A DNA stretch of 64,000 nucleotides from Vulcanimicrobiales bacterium (GCA_038215615.1 JBBQQR010000001.1:32001-96000); one strand, 5' to 3'; shown: positions 36,336 to 47,079, counted from the stretch's first letter. The notes: generated by a model from the letters alone, not told the origin. Numbers and translations are program-made.

Positions 36336-38533
36336 CTAGCGGAGCGAGCCGAACCGGCGGAGCGCCACTTATCCGACAGGTCGACCGCGCCAGGAATACG
36401 CGCGGCCTGCAGCTCGGCCAGGAATTCAGGGGCGGCAACTCCGCGCGTCGCTTTTTCATGCGCGGTCACGAGCGCCGAGCGTTTTGCGCGGCGCAGCGCG
36501 TAAACAAATGCACGCCGCTCCTCGCGATTGTACCGCTCGCGCGTCTTGCTCCGGAACATGTAGTAGGTAAACTTCGCGGTGCGCGCGGCTCGCGCTTCGC
36601 CCACGTTTTCCTTGGCAATCATACCTTGGCTCGGGCTATACAAGAACGCGTCGGGTACGTAGTAGCGTGGAAAGGCGCCGGCCCGGACGTTTGGCAGAAG
36701 AACGTGATCGAACTCGCGTCCGGCTGCAGCGTCGATGCTTAAAATACGTACCGTCTCGCCGCCTTCAATCGTTTCGCACGATTCGAACTCGCTGTACATG
36801 CGCTCTTCGGCGTAGATTAAGAATTCCGCGAGTGATGCGTCCGGATGATCTGCAGCGAATGTTTCGATGCGATCGTACAGTCGTTGCAGCGTCAATCGCT
36901 GATAGTCCGCGCGCGCCGATCCGGGGGCACCCTTTCGCGCGAGGCCCTGGCTCCAAACCAGTCGCGCCAGTTCGGGAAGCGGAAGTCCGCGCAGCGCGCT
37001 TAGCCATTCTTTGCGAAGTTCGCGCAACCGCATCAGACGGTCGCGCGCCAGATCCGTCAGCGCTCCGTCGCGATCGCCGCGCAACACGTTCCATCCCAGG
37101 CGCACGTCGCGCATCGGATCCCAGCGCGGAGCGTGCGGTCCCGTTTCAGGCAGCGGCTCTTGCGTGAAGAGCAGCGTCTGCGAATCTTCGGGTTCGGCGC
37201 AGAGCGCTGCTAGCGTGGAGTCTGCGAAAGCAACCGCCGGCCCGGAAAGCACGCGCAGCAGGTATTCGTGGCGGAACGGGTCGTGCACGAACCAGAGAAT
37301 CGCGAGAGCGTCGACGGCTTCGGGCTCCGCGAATACGTTGAGATCGCCCGCTATTTGCGCGGGGATGTTTCGGTCGAGCAAGGTGTCGCAATAAGCGCGC
37401 GCGTTTGCAACCGAACGGAATAGCAACGCTATCTCGCTCGCCCGCGCGCCGTTTGCCAGCAGACCGGCGACATGTTCGGAGACGAACTGCGTTTCGGCTT
37501 TCTTCGTTGTCGCCCGAAATAGAGTCAGCCCAACTTGCGGATCGGTGCTGACCGGCGGAGAGCCGTGCGCGCCGAGCAGGTGCCGGCAAGCGGCATCGAC
37601 GGCGAACGGGCTGCGATGCTGTTCGGTCAGAGCCGCGCGATCGCCGGGTAGCGCGAGCACGCGATCCGGGCGGGCGCCGCGGAAGGTCGATGTTGCCGAC
37701 GCTTCGTCGATCGCAAGACAAACGGCCTCGGCGTTCGCTCCATAGATAGCCTCGAGCAGCTGCAGCTGGGCGAGCGTCAGCCCCTGGGCGTCGTCGACAC
37801 ATGCGGCGGGATAACGTTCGCGCACTTCCGCGGCAAGGGCCGGTCCTTCGCGCAACGCTTTTACGGCCTCCGCTATCGCATCGCGCGGGCTCAGGCAGCC
37901 GCGTTTGACCGGATGATCCAAATAAGAGCGGTACAGTTTCGCCAAGATTTTCGCCAGATCGACCTCGCGCCGGTATTGACGCTGAAGCTCGGCGCCATCG
38001 ACGTTAAGCGAGTCCTGGTGCGTTTCTTTCGTATAATACAGCAAATCTGGGTGCGCGAAATTCGGAGGTTGCGCGTAAAACGCGGTGGCGCCGCGCAAGG
38101 CGCTTTCCAGGAATTGCTCGGGCGAGACGAGTGCGTCGCGAAATTTGCAGAACAAATGGAAGGCGGCATCCAAGAATCGCTGCGGCGCGCGCAGTCCGGG
38201 GACTTCCGGATCGACCGTTGCTTCCATGAACTCAGTCCATTCGAGTGAAAGCAGCGGTTGCGCCGATTCTTCGAAGAGCACCGCTGCTTGTACGTCATCG
38301 ATGAGTTCCGGGCGCGGTCCGTCGCCGGCTTTGCGTACGAGAAGTTCCAGCGCGAGTTCGTCCAGCGCGCGCACGTGGATCCGTTCGCTGCCGCAGAGTC
38401 CGCGCAAGACGTCGAGCGAAGCTCCGGACGGCGCAGTCATGAGTACGGAACCGGTTTGCGCCGCTTCGTTCGCGTGCCGCATGAGTTCGGTCGTTTTCCC
38501 TGTTCCGGCCGCGCCGGTAATGAAGCGGCTCAT
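36332..38533 (-). CDS. UvrD/AdnB-like SF1 helicase with degenerate motifs
   Basis: GAAGTGKT, VDDAQ, FRGA, HRSP, IALLFRS, AAGREFDHV, EERRAFVYALRRA; ATG at 38533 in ATGA overlap. Confidence 0.85.
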   Translation of the reverse strand: MSRFITGAAGTGKTTELMRHANEAAQTGSVLMTAPSGASLDVLRGLCGSERIHVRALDELALELLVRKAGDGPRPELIDDVQAAVLFEESAQPLLSLEWTEFMEATVDPEVPGLRAPQRFLDAAFHLFCKFRDALVSPEQFLESALRGATAFYAQPPNFAHPDLLYYTKETHQDSLNVDGAELQRQYRREVDLAKILAKLYRSYLDHPVKRGCLSPRDAIAEAVKALREGPALAAEVRERYPAACVDDAQGLTLAQLQLLEAIYGANAEAVCLAIDEASATSTFRGARPDRVLALPGDRAALTEQHRSPFAVDAACRHLLGAHGSPPVSTDPQVGLTLFRATTKKAETQFVSEHVAGLLANGARASEIALLFRSVANARAYCDTLLDRNIPAQIAGDLNVFAEPEAVDALAILWFVHDPFRHEYLLRVLSGPAVAFADSTLAALCAEPEDSQTLLFTQEPLPETGPHAPRWDPMRDVRLGWNVLRGDRDGALTDLARDRLMRLRELRKEWLSALRGLPLPELARLVWSQGLARKGAPGSARADYQRLTLQRLYDRIETFAADHPDASLAEFLIYAEERMYSEFESCETIEGGETVRILSIDAAAGREFDHVLLPNVRAGAFPRYYVPDAFLYSPSQGMIAKENVGEARAARTAKFTYYMFRSKTRERYNREERRAFVYALRRAKRSALVTAHEKATRGVAAPEFLAELQAARIPGAVDLSDKWRSAGSARSAR

Positions 38534-39777
38534 CTTCCGAACCGCTGATCCGGCGGGTAGGGACGATCCGCGCATGCGATTGCGTACGCGCAATACGTGC
38601 AGGCCGACGGATCGGCCGTAACCGCAAACGCGGTTGTGGTGCCGGCCGTCAGCTCCGCGCATATTTCGATCATTCGCTCGCGCGCCCGCTCGAGTTCGCC
38701 CAGCGGGATTACGCCTGTCGCGTTTTGGGAGCGGCCGATCTCCGATGGCACGGGTACGACCTCCAAAACGATCGGCTGCACGTCGAGCAGCGCGTCTTTA
38801 AGAGGGAGCAGCGCTAGCTTCCAGACTTTATCGCCTTCGGCGGTGCGCGCCCAGTAATAAAACGGCAGCTGAAAATCTTTGAACTGGCGGATCTTTTCGC
38901 GATACTCCGCCGCGCTGGTGGCGATGGTGCCCGTCTTGTAGTCGATCACCGCGACGGATCCTGTCTTGTCGTCGCGGTCGAGCCGGTCGATGTAGCCGAT
39001 GAACTCGTAGCCTTCCATCTCGAGCTCGGCCGAGAGCTCGCAGCCGACGACGGTGAAAGCAGCGCGTTTGGCCTCCGCGAGCAGCCACTCGACGTATTTT
39101 TTCGCGGTGCGCTGAGCGCGCCGGCGCTGCAGTTCGTACTCAACAGGCGTTTCGAAATTGTTGCGGTGACGGTCGAAGGCGGAATTGACCAAGCCTTCGA
39201 GTTTGAGCGAAAGTTCGGCCGGATCGGCATCGCCCGGACGCGGAAACTCGCCGTGCAAGGCTTCGAGCGCGGCGTGAAATGCCGTCCCATAAAAGGAAGC
39301 GGACGACCCTTTGTCCTCGACTGCGCCGCACATGTAGCGGTAGAACCATTTTCGCGGACACTCAACGTAGGCGTTGAGCTGCGAGGCCGAAAAACGCGGG
39401 CGCGTAGCACGCATCCCGAGTCGAGGTTCGGGAACGGCCGGTTCGCAAAGGGTCAGTTCGCAGCGCTCCACTGCAATCGGCGTCTGCACGTCCGCTTCGA
39501 GCTGAAAACGGCGCGCGATTTCTTGGCGAGCGGTTTCTCCGTCCCCGATTTTCTCGAGTTCCCGCAGTGCCGCCGCAAACGGAGCGAGCGAACGCTCCTG
39601 CCCGAGGCGGTCGAGCAGCCCGCCTTCGCTTGCGCAAAGCGCGGCGTATGCGGCGCCGAGTTCTTGAGGGACGCCGGAAAGCGGCGATTGCAGCATGCGC
39701 ACCGCGTGGCGTTCTTCCGGCCTTTGCGTCCACGCCAAAGCCGCCGCTAGAAAAGCACGCTGCTCGGCAGACTGCAC
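38530..39777 (-). CDS. PD-(D/E)XK (AddB/RecB-type) nuclease with four Fe-S cysteines
   Basis: FSASQLNAYVECPRKWF, GTAFHAALE, GYIDRLD, VIDYKTG, QLPFY, CTYCAYAIAC. Confidence 0.9.
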   Translation of the reverse strand: MQSAEQRAFLAAALAWTQRPEERHAVRMLQSPLSGVPQELGAAYAALCASEGGLLDRLGQERSLAPFAAALRELEKIGDGETARQEIARRFQLEADVQTPIAVERCELTLCEPAVPEPRLGMRATRPRFSASQLNAYVECPRKWFYRYMCGAVEDKGSSASFYGTAFHAALEALHGEFPRPGDADPAELSLKLEGLVNSAFDRHRNNFETPVEYELQRRRAQRTAKKYVEWLLAEAKRAAFTVVGCELSAELEMEGYEFIGYIDRLDRDDKTGSVAVIDYKTGTIATSAAEYREKIRQFKDFQLPFYYWARTAEGDKVWKLALLPLKDALLDVQPIVLEVVPVPSEIGRSQNATGVIPLGELERARERMIEICAELTAGTTTAFAVTADPSACTYCAYAIACADRPYPPDQRFGR

Positions 39778-39836
39778 GATGCTCTCTTTGGAAAACGTAC
39801 GAAGGCGACCCTGCTCGCAGCGTGTAACCGCGGGTC

Positions 39837-40394
39837 ATGCGGCGAATCATCATCGGCATCAGCGGAGCCAGCGGAAGCGCGTTTGCCTATCGCGCGCTCG
39901 AGGCTTTGCGCGGCGTTTCCGAAATCGAGACACATTTGGTCGTCAGCCGGCAGGCTGCGCGTACGATTGAGCTGGAGACCAAGAAGACCGTTAAGGAGTT
40001 TGAGGCGCTGGCGGACTTCGCGTACAATCATGACGATCTCGCCGCCGCTATTTCCAGCGGCTCGTTCATCACCGAAGGGATGCTCGTCATTCCATGTTCG
40101 ATCGGAAGCGCCGGGGCCATCGCTCATTCGTTAAACGCAAATCTGCTCGTACGAGCCGCCGACGTCTGTTTAAAGGAAAGACGAAAACTAGTGCTGATCG
40201 TGCGTGAGACGCCGCTGCATCTGGGCCATCTGCGCACGCTGACGCAACTGGCTGAGATGGGCGCGGTGATCATGCCGCCGATGCCGGCGCTCTACGCCAA
40301 ACCAAAGTCGGTCGATGACATCGTCGCGCACACGGTCGGCAAGGCGCTCGACCAATTCGGCGTCGAGCACAAACTTTTCGAGCGCTGGTCTTAG
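39837..40394 (+). CDS. ubiX: Flavin prenyltransferase UbiX
   Basis: IGISGASG, AAISSGS, RAADVCLKERRKLVLIVRETPL, MPPMPALY. Confidence 0.96.
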   Translation: MRRIIIGISGASGSAFAYRALEALRGVSEIETHLVVSRQAARTIELETKKTVKEFEALADFAYNHDDLAAAISSGSFITEGMLVIPCSIGSAGAIAHSLNANLLVRAADVCLKERRKLVLIVRETPLHLGHLRTLTQLAEMGAVIMPPMPALYAKPKSVDDIVAHTVGKALDQFGVEHKLFERWS

Positions 40395-41137
40395 CGCGCG
40401 AACTTTTCGGCGAGCGCGATGTCGCTCAGCCGGTCGACGTTTATTCCGATCTCCGCGTATGGTGTGACGATCGCGCGTACCGGCGCTCCGGTGACGTACG
40501 CCGCTCGCGCTTCGGCTTGCGCGATGGTCAAGCGCCTCAATGCGTACCGCCAAAGAATCCGCCAGCCGAAAAGGGACGCGAGCTTGAGCGGATTCTTGCG
40601 CGCCTCGCCCAATTTTTCGATCACGCGTTCGAGCGCGGGCCAAACGCGAGGCTTCAGCGTGATGAAGCCGGTGCCGCAATAATCGCCGTCACGCAAGTGC
40701 GCCCACGTGTGCGGCGCCTCCGGAAATGCTGCCATATGTACGGATTTTTCAAGGCACCCGTACGTGAGATCGGCATTTACCGCTTCGGCGCGATGGATGT
40801 AGTCATCGATGGCTCGTGGCGTAAGCACGGGCAAGTCCGATGCGCTGACCAAAATAGCAGCATCGGGATCGCTGCCTGCGAGTCCGTTGCGCAAACTGTC
40901 ACGAATGCGCACGCCGTCGGGACGCACGTCGTCGGCTAACGCGAGCGCGGCGGATCCGTGCGACGCCGGCGGTGCCACGACGACGATGCGCCCGACGCTA
41001 ACCGATCCCCGCAGCGCGCGAAGCGTGCGCTCCACTAGAGTCGCCCCATTGATCTCGACAAAGGCTTTATTCGGCGCGCCCGGCGTCCGTGCCGCGAGCT
41101 CGTCGTGCGGGCCGCCTGCGAGAACTATCGCGTCCAT
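40391..41137 (-). CDS. MobA-like NTP-transferase domain protein
   Basis: MDAIVLAGG...NKAFVEING, ASDLP, RKNPLKLASLFG, INVD. Confidence 0.85.
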   Translation of the reverse strand: MDAIVLAGGPHDELAARTPGAPNKAFVEINGATLVERTLRALRGSVSVGRIVVVAPPASHGSAALALADDVRPDGVRIRDSLRNGLAGSDPDAAILVSASDLPVLTPRAIDDYIHRAEAVNADLTYGCLEKSVHMAAFPEAPHTWAHLRDGDYCGTGFITLKPRVWPALERVIEKLGEARKNPLKLASLFGWRILWRYALRRLTIAQAEARAAYVTGAPVRAIVTPYAEIGINVDRLSDIALAEKFAR

Positions 41138-41994
41138 GTCGCGCCGCTCCGGAAGGCGCACGCGAAGATTCCGAACTCCGGCACAGCAGCGATCCGCGCG
41201 GCGAGATGGTCGCGTTCGGCAGTCGTTGGTACCAGTGCATAAACGGCCGAACCCGAACCGCTCAGCATCGGTTTGCGCGCGCCCGCTTCACGCAGCATTT
41301 CGATCGCTTGCCGGATCTCGGGAGCAGACGAGGCGACCTCGAGGAAATCGTTTTGCTGCAACTCGATCACGCGATCGAAATCGCCGCGCTGAAGGGCTTC
41401 GCCCAAGCTCAAGCTCACCGAAGTGTTGCGCGGGCGCGAGGGGCGTTCGCGTTCGTCCAGTGCCGTATACGCATCGCGCGTCGAAACCGAAATGGGCGGC
41501 TTTACGATCACCGCATGCCAATCGGGCGCCATTCCAAGCGCCGTCACGCGTTCGCCCGTGCCTTCAACGAGCGCGGCGGTTTCCACCAAGAAGAAGGGCA
41601 CGTCAGAACCCAATGCCATGGCCGCTTGCACGTAATCGGTTGGGGGGACGCTACCAAAGACTCCACGCTGCGCCGCGAGCAGAATCGCTGCGGCGTCGCT
41701 CGACCCGCCACCCAGGCCCGCTTGAACCGGGATATTTTTGCGCAGCTCGATCGTCGCGCCCGATTGCAGATCGAGGGCGCGGTAAGCGCGTTCAACCAGA
41801 TTGTCGCTTTGCAAAGCGGGGTCGTCGCAGAGAAATTGCAGGCCTTCGCCGCCCGGAGAGATCTCGAGCTCGTCGCAAAGATCGACCGGCACCATCACGC
41901 TGCGCATAGCGTGGAGACCGCCGGCAACCCGGCCGAGGACCTCGAGCGAAAGATTTAATTTCGCCGGGGCCTGCAACGTAACGCCTGCCTTCAT
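41125..41994 (-). CDS. ispE: 4-(cytidine 5'-diphospho)-2-C-methyl-D-erythritol kinase
   Basis: APAKLNLSL, KNIPVQAGLGGGSSDAA, LGSDVPFF, LSGSGS; ATG at 41994. Confidence 0.96.
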   Translation of the reverse strand: MKAGVTLQAPAKLNLSLEVLGRVAGGLHAMRSVMVPVDLCDELEISPGGEGLQFLCDDPALQSDNLVERAYRALDLQSGATIELRKNIPVQAGLGGGSSDAAAILLAAQRGVFGSVPPTDYVQAAMALGSDVPFFLVETAALVEGTGERVTALGMAPDWHAVIVKPPISVSTRDAYTALDERERPSRPRNTSVSLSLGEALQRGDFDRVIELQQNDFLEVASSAPEIRQAIEMLREAGARKPMLSGSGSAVYALVPTTAERDHLAARIAAVPEFGIFACAFRSGATWTR

Positions 41995-42084
41995 TGTTTG
42001 GCGAAGCTCTTGTTCTCGAATTAGCGCATCCCCTGGTTCGGGGTGCGGCGGGACATCGCATAGCGAGGTCGTAGTCCATCGCCA

Positions 42085-44529
42085 ATGCGGGCGAGCTACG
42101 ACGCACAGCACAACGAATTTTGCGCCTACGTCTTGCCGGAAGCCCAGACGCCCTACGGGCTTTTGCTCGGAAACTTTAAGACCTACGCACAGTCGACAGC
42201 AAAGGGCGGCGTCCGCGGACTGTGGGATGCCGATACCGACCAGATCATTTTCGGCACGCATCAGGTCGCGTATCGTCTGCGCGAGCTGAAACAGACGATT
42301 TTTCCGCATCAAATTACGCGCGAGTTCACCTTTCTTCCTTACGCGCAAATTTCAGAATTTACGCTGGCCGATCGCCTGCATGTCACCGAAGCATTTTACG
42401 TTCCGCACGGACCGCAGCACGAATCCGCGGTGAGTTTCGTCGTGGACATCACGCTCTATAATCCGGGAGGAACGCCGATCGAAGTGACGGCTTTCCCGTG
42501 GGCGCTCTTGGTCGGTCAGCGTTTTTACGGCGAGCCGGAACACGAAGTGCGCGCGTCGGTCGAAGGCGATTACATCTGTTCGAAAAATCAGCAGACCGGG
42601 GCCGAACGCTGGTGGGGAGCGTCACTTTCGCCGCACGCATCGGTTGTGGGTCTGCGCGAGCAGGTCATGCTGCACAGCATGCGTATGGGTTCGCTTAAGC
42701 CCGACGAGCATTTAGACGAGGTGACTCCGCAGCTCGCCGAGTGCGTCAGCCGGCGCATCTTCGGCGCGTTCGAGTATCGCATCACCGTGCCGCCCGGTTC
42801 GCGCGAAGCGCTGCGCCTGGCAGTCGTCTTCCACAAGGATGGCCGCGAGAAGTCGCGCCCCGTGCTCGAGCAGCTGCTGCACGACCCCAAGGCTCTGCAC
42901 GAAACTCAACGCTATTTCGCGATCAAACTGCGCGACGCGCGGTTCATTTGCCCGTCGCCGGCGATTAGCCGCGCCGTGGTTTGGGCCCGTGCGAACATGC
43001 TACGCGTCATCAAGCATTACCCCAACGGGTGGGGTTCGACGAACTCGCCGCCTTCGGATATTCTCGTCTCGCGCGATACGTCGTGGTTCGTGCACGGCTT
43101 CGATTATTTCTTACCGCAGTTCAGCCGCGACGCGATCGAAGTCTTCAACAAGTTCGCCGACGACAGCGGCGAGATGATCGAGTACGTGCGCGGCGTCAGT
43201 GGTTTCAAGACATCGTACGACCTCAACATCAATGACGACACGCCCCTTCACTTGATCGCGATGCTGCACCATTACAACGCAACGCTGGACGACCAGTGGG
43301 TTCGGGAGTGGTTTCCGCTGATCTGCAAGATCGCCGACTACATGCTGACTCAGCGCGACAAAAACGGCTTGATTTTTTGCCGCGCCGGCGGCGTCGACAT
43401 GTTCGGCATCAGTTCGTGGCGCAACATCATCCCGTATTACACGCTCGACGGAGCCGTCACGGAAATCAACGCCGAGGCCGTGTTCGCGCTCGACGCTGCA
43501 GCGATGCTCTCGGCAGTCGTCGGCGACAACGATCGCTGGAGCAAATATTCACAGGAGTCGCAAGCGCTGCGCCAAGCCGTGATGCAGTATCTCTACAACG
43601 ACGACACGGCTGCATTCGTATTGAACTACGATCAGCAGCAGAACTATCAAGACAACTTCACCGCCGACGAAATCTTCCCGGTGCTCTTTAACGTGGCCGA
43701 TGCGGGTCAGCGCCGCAAAATTTTGGATCGTTTGAGCGAAGCGGATTTTGAAACACCCGTCGGCATCCGCACGATCTCGACGGCCGACGCGTGGTATTTC
43801 CCGTCGCACGGTTTTGGATTGCTCGGCGGAGTGTGGCCCGACCTGACGCTATGGTTCGCGGTTGCGCTCGCGCACAACGGTTCGCCCGATGCGGCGGTCC
43901 GGTGGCTGGAAGCGATTTACGACACCATGGAAGCGGGCGCCGTGCGCAACACTGTCCCGGGCGAGTTCTGCGAATGGTTCGATGGCGGTTCGCTGACCAA
44001 CCGCGGCATGTACCTCTCACCTTGGACCAGCGCGAAATATATCTGGGCGATCGCGGAAACGATTGGTGGGCTCAACGGATACCGCACGAGCGGACGGCCG
44101 CACTTGGTGCCTCAGCGCGTCCAAAACTGGCAATGGTCGGCTGCGGCGCGCGTGCAGTTGGGCGGAAAGAGTTGCACCTATGTGATCGATTTCAACCGCA
44201 ATCATATCTATGCCGACATGCACGAACTCTCCGCGGAAGAACCGTTTGTCTGCCTGTATGCCGGTCGCGACGTGAGCCTTGAAGTAACGACTTCGCCGGT
44301 GGAAGTGGCCGCGATCGCGTTTGAAGACGATGAAGGTGCGGTGCGCGTCTTTCTCTGCAACTTGCTCGATCAGGCGCGTCACGTCTCGGTCGAATTCCGC
44401 GGATTCACCGAACGCGTGGCGCTCGAAGCCGGCGAACTGCACGAACTTCACCTGCTCGGCAAGCCTGCCGACCGGAAAGCACGCGCGGCCGCACGCGATG
44501 TCGCGCCGCAGACGCTGCAGCATGTATAA
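42085..44529 (+). CDS. (alpha/alpha)6 glycoside hydrolase (glycogen-debranching/MGH1-like)
   Basis: SRDTSW, DDTPL, VTEINA, TPVGIRT, GGVWP, EFCEWFD, SPW motifs. Confidence 0.75.
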   Translation: MRASYDAQHNEFCAYVLPEAQTPYGLLLGNFKTYAQSTAKGGVRGLWDADTDQIIFGTHQVAYRLRELKQTIFPHQITREFTFLPYAQISEFTLADRLHVTEAFYVPHGPQHESAVSFVVDITLYNPGGTPIEVTAFPWALLVGQRFYGEPEHEVRASVEGDYICSKNQQTGAERWWGASLSPHASVVGLREQVMLHSMRMGSLKPDEHLDEVTPQLAECVSRRIFGAFEYRITVPPGSREALRLAVVFHKDGREKSRPVLEQLLHDPKALHETQRYFAIKLRDARFICPSPAISRAVVWARANMLRVIKHYPNGWGSTNSPPSDILVSRDTSWFVHGFDYFLPQFSRDAIEVFNKFADDSGEMIEYVRGVSGFKTSYDLNINDDTPLHLIAMLHHYNATLDDQWVREWFPLICKIADYMLTQRDKNGLIFCRAGGVDMFGISSWRNIIPYYTLDGAVTEINAEAVFALDAAAMLSAVVGDNDRWSKYSQESQALRQAVMQYLYNDDTAAFVLNYDQQQNYQDNFTADEIFPVLFNVADAGQRRKILDRLSEADFETPVGIRTISTADAWYFPSHGFGLLGGVWPDLTLWFAVALAHNGSPDAAVRWLEAIYDTMEAGAVRNTVPGEFCEWFDGGSLTNRGMYLSPWTSAKYIWAIAETIGGLNGYRTSGRPHLVPQRVQNWQWSAAARVQLGGKSCTYVIDFNRNHIYADMHELSAEEPFVCLYAGRDVSLEVTTSPVEVAAIAFEDDEGAVRVFLCNLLDQARHVSVEFRGFTERVALEAGELHELHLLGKPADRKARAAARDVAPQTLQHV

Positions 44530-44536
44530 TCGTCCG

Positions 44537-45007
44537 ATGGACTCGTCCAAGCGGTTCGCGACCATCGTTATGGCGCTGGGAATCGTCGTGCTGGTTTGCG
44601 CGATCGCCATCGGCGAACGAGCGGGCGATCGAGCGATCGGCCAAGTCACTGAAAAGCGCTTGGAAAGCATCGCGCCGATTACGGTCGCTCCGGCCGCGCC
44701 CGATGCAACTGTGGCGCCTTACGGCCCTGACTGGAAGCGCACCGACGTCATGGCCGCCGCGCCCGATCCCGGCTTCCCCGACCCGCGCGTGCCGCCCGCG
44801 CTACCTCCTCCGCCCACGCCGATTCCGCGCTTCACGCCGCCGCCTTTCGTGGCCCCGACGAACGTTCCGGCGCCAAAGGCAACGCCGAACCTCAGCGTAC
44901 CGATCTGGCGGCGGAGCCAGCCTCTGCCGACGACAGCGCCCGCGGCCACTTCAGCGCCCGCGACGCCGGCCGGTTCGCCGCAACCGGAGCAAACCACTAC
45001 GCCTTAG
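44537..45007 (+). CDS. Proline-rich membrane-anchored hypothetical protein
   Basis: N-terminal TM helix, Pro/Thr-rich tail; TATAAT 6 nt upstream of the ATG. Confidence 0.7.
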   Translation: MDSSKRFATIVMALGIVVLVCAIAIGERAGDRAIGQVTEKRLESIAPITVAPAAPDATVAPYGPDWKRTDVMAAAPDPGFPDPRVPPALPPPPTPIPRFTPPPFVAPTNVPAPKATPNLSVPIWRRSQPLPTTAPAATSAPATPAGSPQPEQTTTP

Positions 45008-45030
45008 AAGATATACCAGGGAGTTTTTTT

Positions 45031-45918
45031 ATGGCCGAAACCGGCACTATCACTGTTAAACGCGGACTAGCCCAAATGCTCAAGGGCGGCGTCATCATGG
45101 ACGTCGTCACGCCCGAACATGCCGTTATCGCGCAAGAAGCCGGAGCGGTCGCAGTGATGGCGCTCGAGCGCATTCCGGCGGATATTCGCGCCGCCGGCGG
45201 TGTCGCGCGCATGAGCAATCTGGAACTGGTGCGGTCGATCATGGATGCCGTGACGATTCCGGTCATGGCCAAGTGCCGTATCGGCCACTTCGCCGAAGCG
45301 CAAGCGCTGCAGCAGCTCGGCATCGATTTCATCGACGAGTCCGAAGTGCTCACTCCCGCCGACGAACAATTCCACGTCGACAAGACTCCCTTCACTACGC
45401 CCTTCGTTTGCGGCGCCCGCAATTTAGGTGAAGCGCTGCGCCGGATTAACGAAGGCGCCGCGATGATCCGCAGCAAGGGCGAAGCGGGCAGCGGGAACAT
45501 CGTCGAGGCCGTGCGTCACATGCGCGCGATTACCGCGTCGATCGAAGAGCTCACGCGTGCAAAAGATCTAAAAGCTTACGCACGCGAGATGCGCGTGCCG
45601 CTGAAGCTGGTGAAGGAAGTGGCGCAGGCCGGGAAACTTCCCGTCGTGCTGTTCTGCGCGGGCGGCATTTCCACGCCCGCTGATGCATCGCTCATGATGC
45701 AGCTCGGCGCCGAAGGCAACTTCGTCGGCAGCGGTATCTTCAAATCGAACAATCCGCGCGCGTTCGCCAAAGCCATCGTCGATGCGACGACGCATTTCGC
45801 CGATCCGAAAGTGATCGTCGCGACGAGTTTGTCGTTAGGAAAAGACAGCCGCGCGATGGAAGGGCTCGACTTGCGCAAAATCCCCGAGTCGGAGCTGCTC
45901 GCTCCCCGTGGGAACTAA
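45031..45918 (+). CDS. pdxS: Pyridoxal 5'-phosphate synthase lyase subunit
   Basis: [42 protein letters not shown]. Confidence 0.98.
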   Translation: MAETGTITVKRGLAQMLKGGVIMDVVTPEHAVIAQEAGAVAVMALERIPADIRAAGGVARMSNLELVRSIMDAVTIPVMAKCRIGHFAEAQALQQLGIDFIDESEVLTPADEQFHVDKTPFTTPFVCGARNLGEALRRINEGAAMIRSKGEAGSGNIVEAVRHMRAITASIEELTRAKDLKAYAREMRVPLKLVKEVAQAGKLPVVLFCAGGISTPADASLMMQLGAEGNFVGSGIFKSNNPRAFAKAIVDATTHFADPKVIVATSLSLGKDSRAMEGLDLRKIPESELLAPRGN

Positions 45919-46522
45919 CGCCGGAGCGGTAGGCGTCCTTGCCCTGCAAGGCGATGTCGTCGAACATCTGCGCGCGCTAGAGGAGTCCGGCGTCAAAACG
46001 CTGGCGGTAAAATCCAAAGAAGATCTGGGCCGCGTTGACGGCTTGATCATTCCAGGCGGCGAGTCGACCACGGTGATGAAGCTCCTCGATCGTTTCAAAC
46101 TTGCCGCAGGGGTGATCGCGCGAACCCGCGATGGCATGCCGCTTTGGGGCACGTGCATGGGCATGATCGTCGTCGCGCGCGATGTTACCGGCACGCAGCA
46201 GCCGACGCTTGGTTTGATGGACATCTCCGTGCGCCGCAACGCTTTCGGCCGGCAAAACGAATCCGCCGAAGTCTCGCTTCCGATTCCAATCCTGGGCGGC
46301 AAGGATTTTCCGGCAGTCTTCATTCGTGCGCCGTGGGTCGAGCGCGCCGGGCACGCCGTTGAAGTGCTCGCCGAACGCGACGGCCGCGCCGTTATGGTTC
46401 GCCAAGAAAACATGCTGGCCACGTCGTTCCATCCCGAACTTAGCGGGGACCGTCGCGTGCACGAGTATTTCATGAAAATGGTGCGCGACGCGCTTGTAGG
46501 GAAGCGCCGCAAAATCGCTTAA
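45908..46522 (+). CDS. pdxT: Pyridoxal 5'-phosphate synthase glutaminase subunit
   Basis: GVLALQG, PGGESTT, GTCMG, RNAFGRQ, FIRAP, FHPEL. Confidence 0.97.
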   Translation: MGTNAGAVGVLALQGDVVEHLRALEESGVKTLAVKSKEDLGRVDGLIIPGGESTTVMKLLDRFKLAAGVIARTRDGMPLWGTCMGMIVVARDVTGTQQPTLGLMDISVRRNAFGRQNESAEVSLPIPILGGKDFPAVFIRAPWVERAGHAVEVLAERDGRAVMVRQENMLATSFHPELSGDRRVHEYFMKMVRDALVGKRRKIA

Positions 46523-46544
46523 GTCTCCCTTCAGGGAGGATGTC

Positions 46545-47075
46545 TTGACCGACGTACTGGTGCTGAACTTCACCTACGAAGCGCTGAACATTACCAGCTT
46601 TCAGCGCGCGGTGAAGCTTTTGTTCGCAGGGAAGGCCGAGCTGCTGCATGGCCGCGAGCGCATCATTGCATCGACGTCGTTCGAAATGCGGATGCCTTCG
46701 GTCATCCGCATGCTGTATTACATCCGTCGCCCCATGCAAAAAGTGGCGCTGACCAAGAAGAACATCCTTATCCGCGACGACCACTCATGCCAGTACTGCG
46801 GGTTGCGCGGCGATCGCCTCATGACGGTCGATCATGTCGTTCCAAAAAGTAAAGGTGGCCCTTCGACCTGGGAAAATCTGGTCTGCGCCTGCATGCGGTG
46901 CAACAACCGTAAGAACAACCGCTCGCCCCACGATGCCAATATGTCACTCAAGCGAAAACCGCGGCAGCCCAAGTACATTCCGTGGATCCAGATAAAACGG
47001 AACACGCTGCCCGACGAGTGGGGCAAATTTCTGTTTCTCTATAACGTTTCGATCGACGAGCGAGTCGAAGCCTAG
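46545..47075 (+). CDS. HNH endonuclease (McrA-like)
   Basis: VLVLN, NILIRDDHSCQYCG, TVDHVVPKSKGG, WENLVCACMRCNNRKN; GGAGG SD. Confidence 0.93.
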   Translation: MTDVLVLNFTYEALNITSFQRAVKLLFAGKAELLHGRERIIASTSFEMRMPSVIRMLYYIRRPMQKVALTKKNILIRDDHSCQYCGLRGDRLMTVDHVVPKSKGGPSTWENLVCACMRCNNRKNNRSPHDANMSLKRKPRQPKYIPWIQIKRNTLPDEWGKFLFLYNVSIDERVEA

Positions 47076-47079
47076 CTCC

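Noticed and set aside
41995..42348. N-terminal extensions in ORF-track calls (ispE, helicase, ychF, holB, DUF151, yraN, 15696-16766)
   Set aside because: The extensions overlap neighbouring genes; family homology begins at the downstream starts used here.
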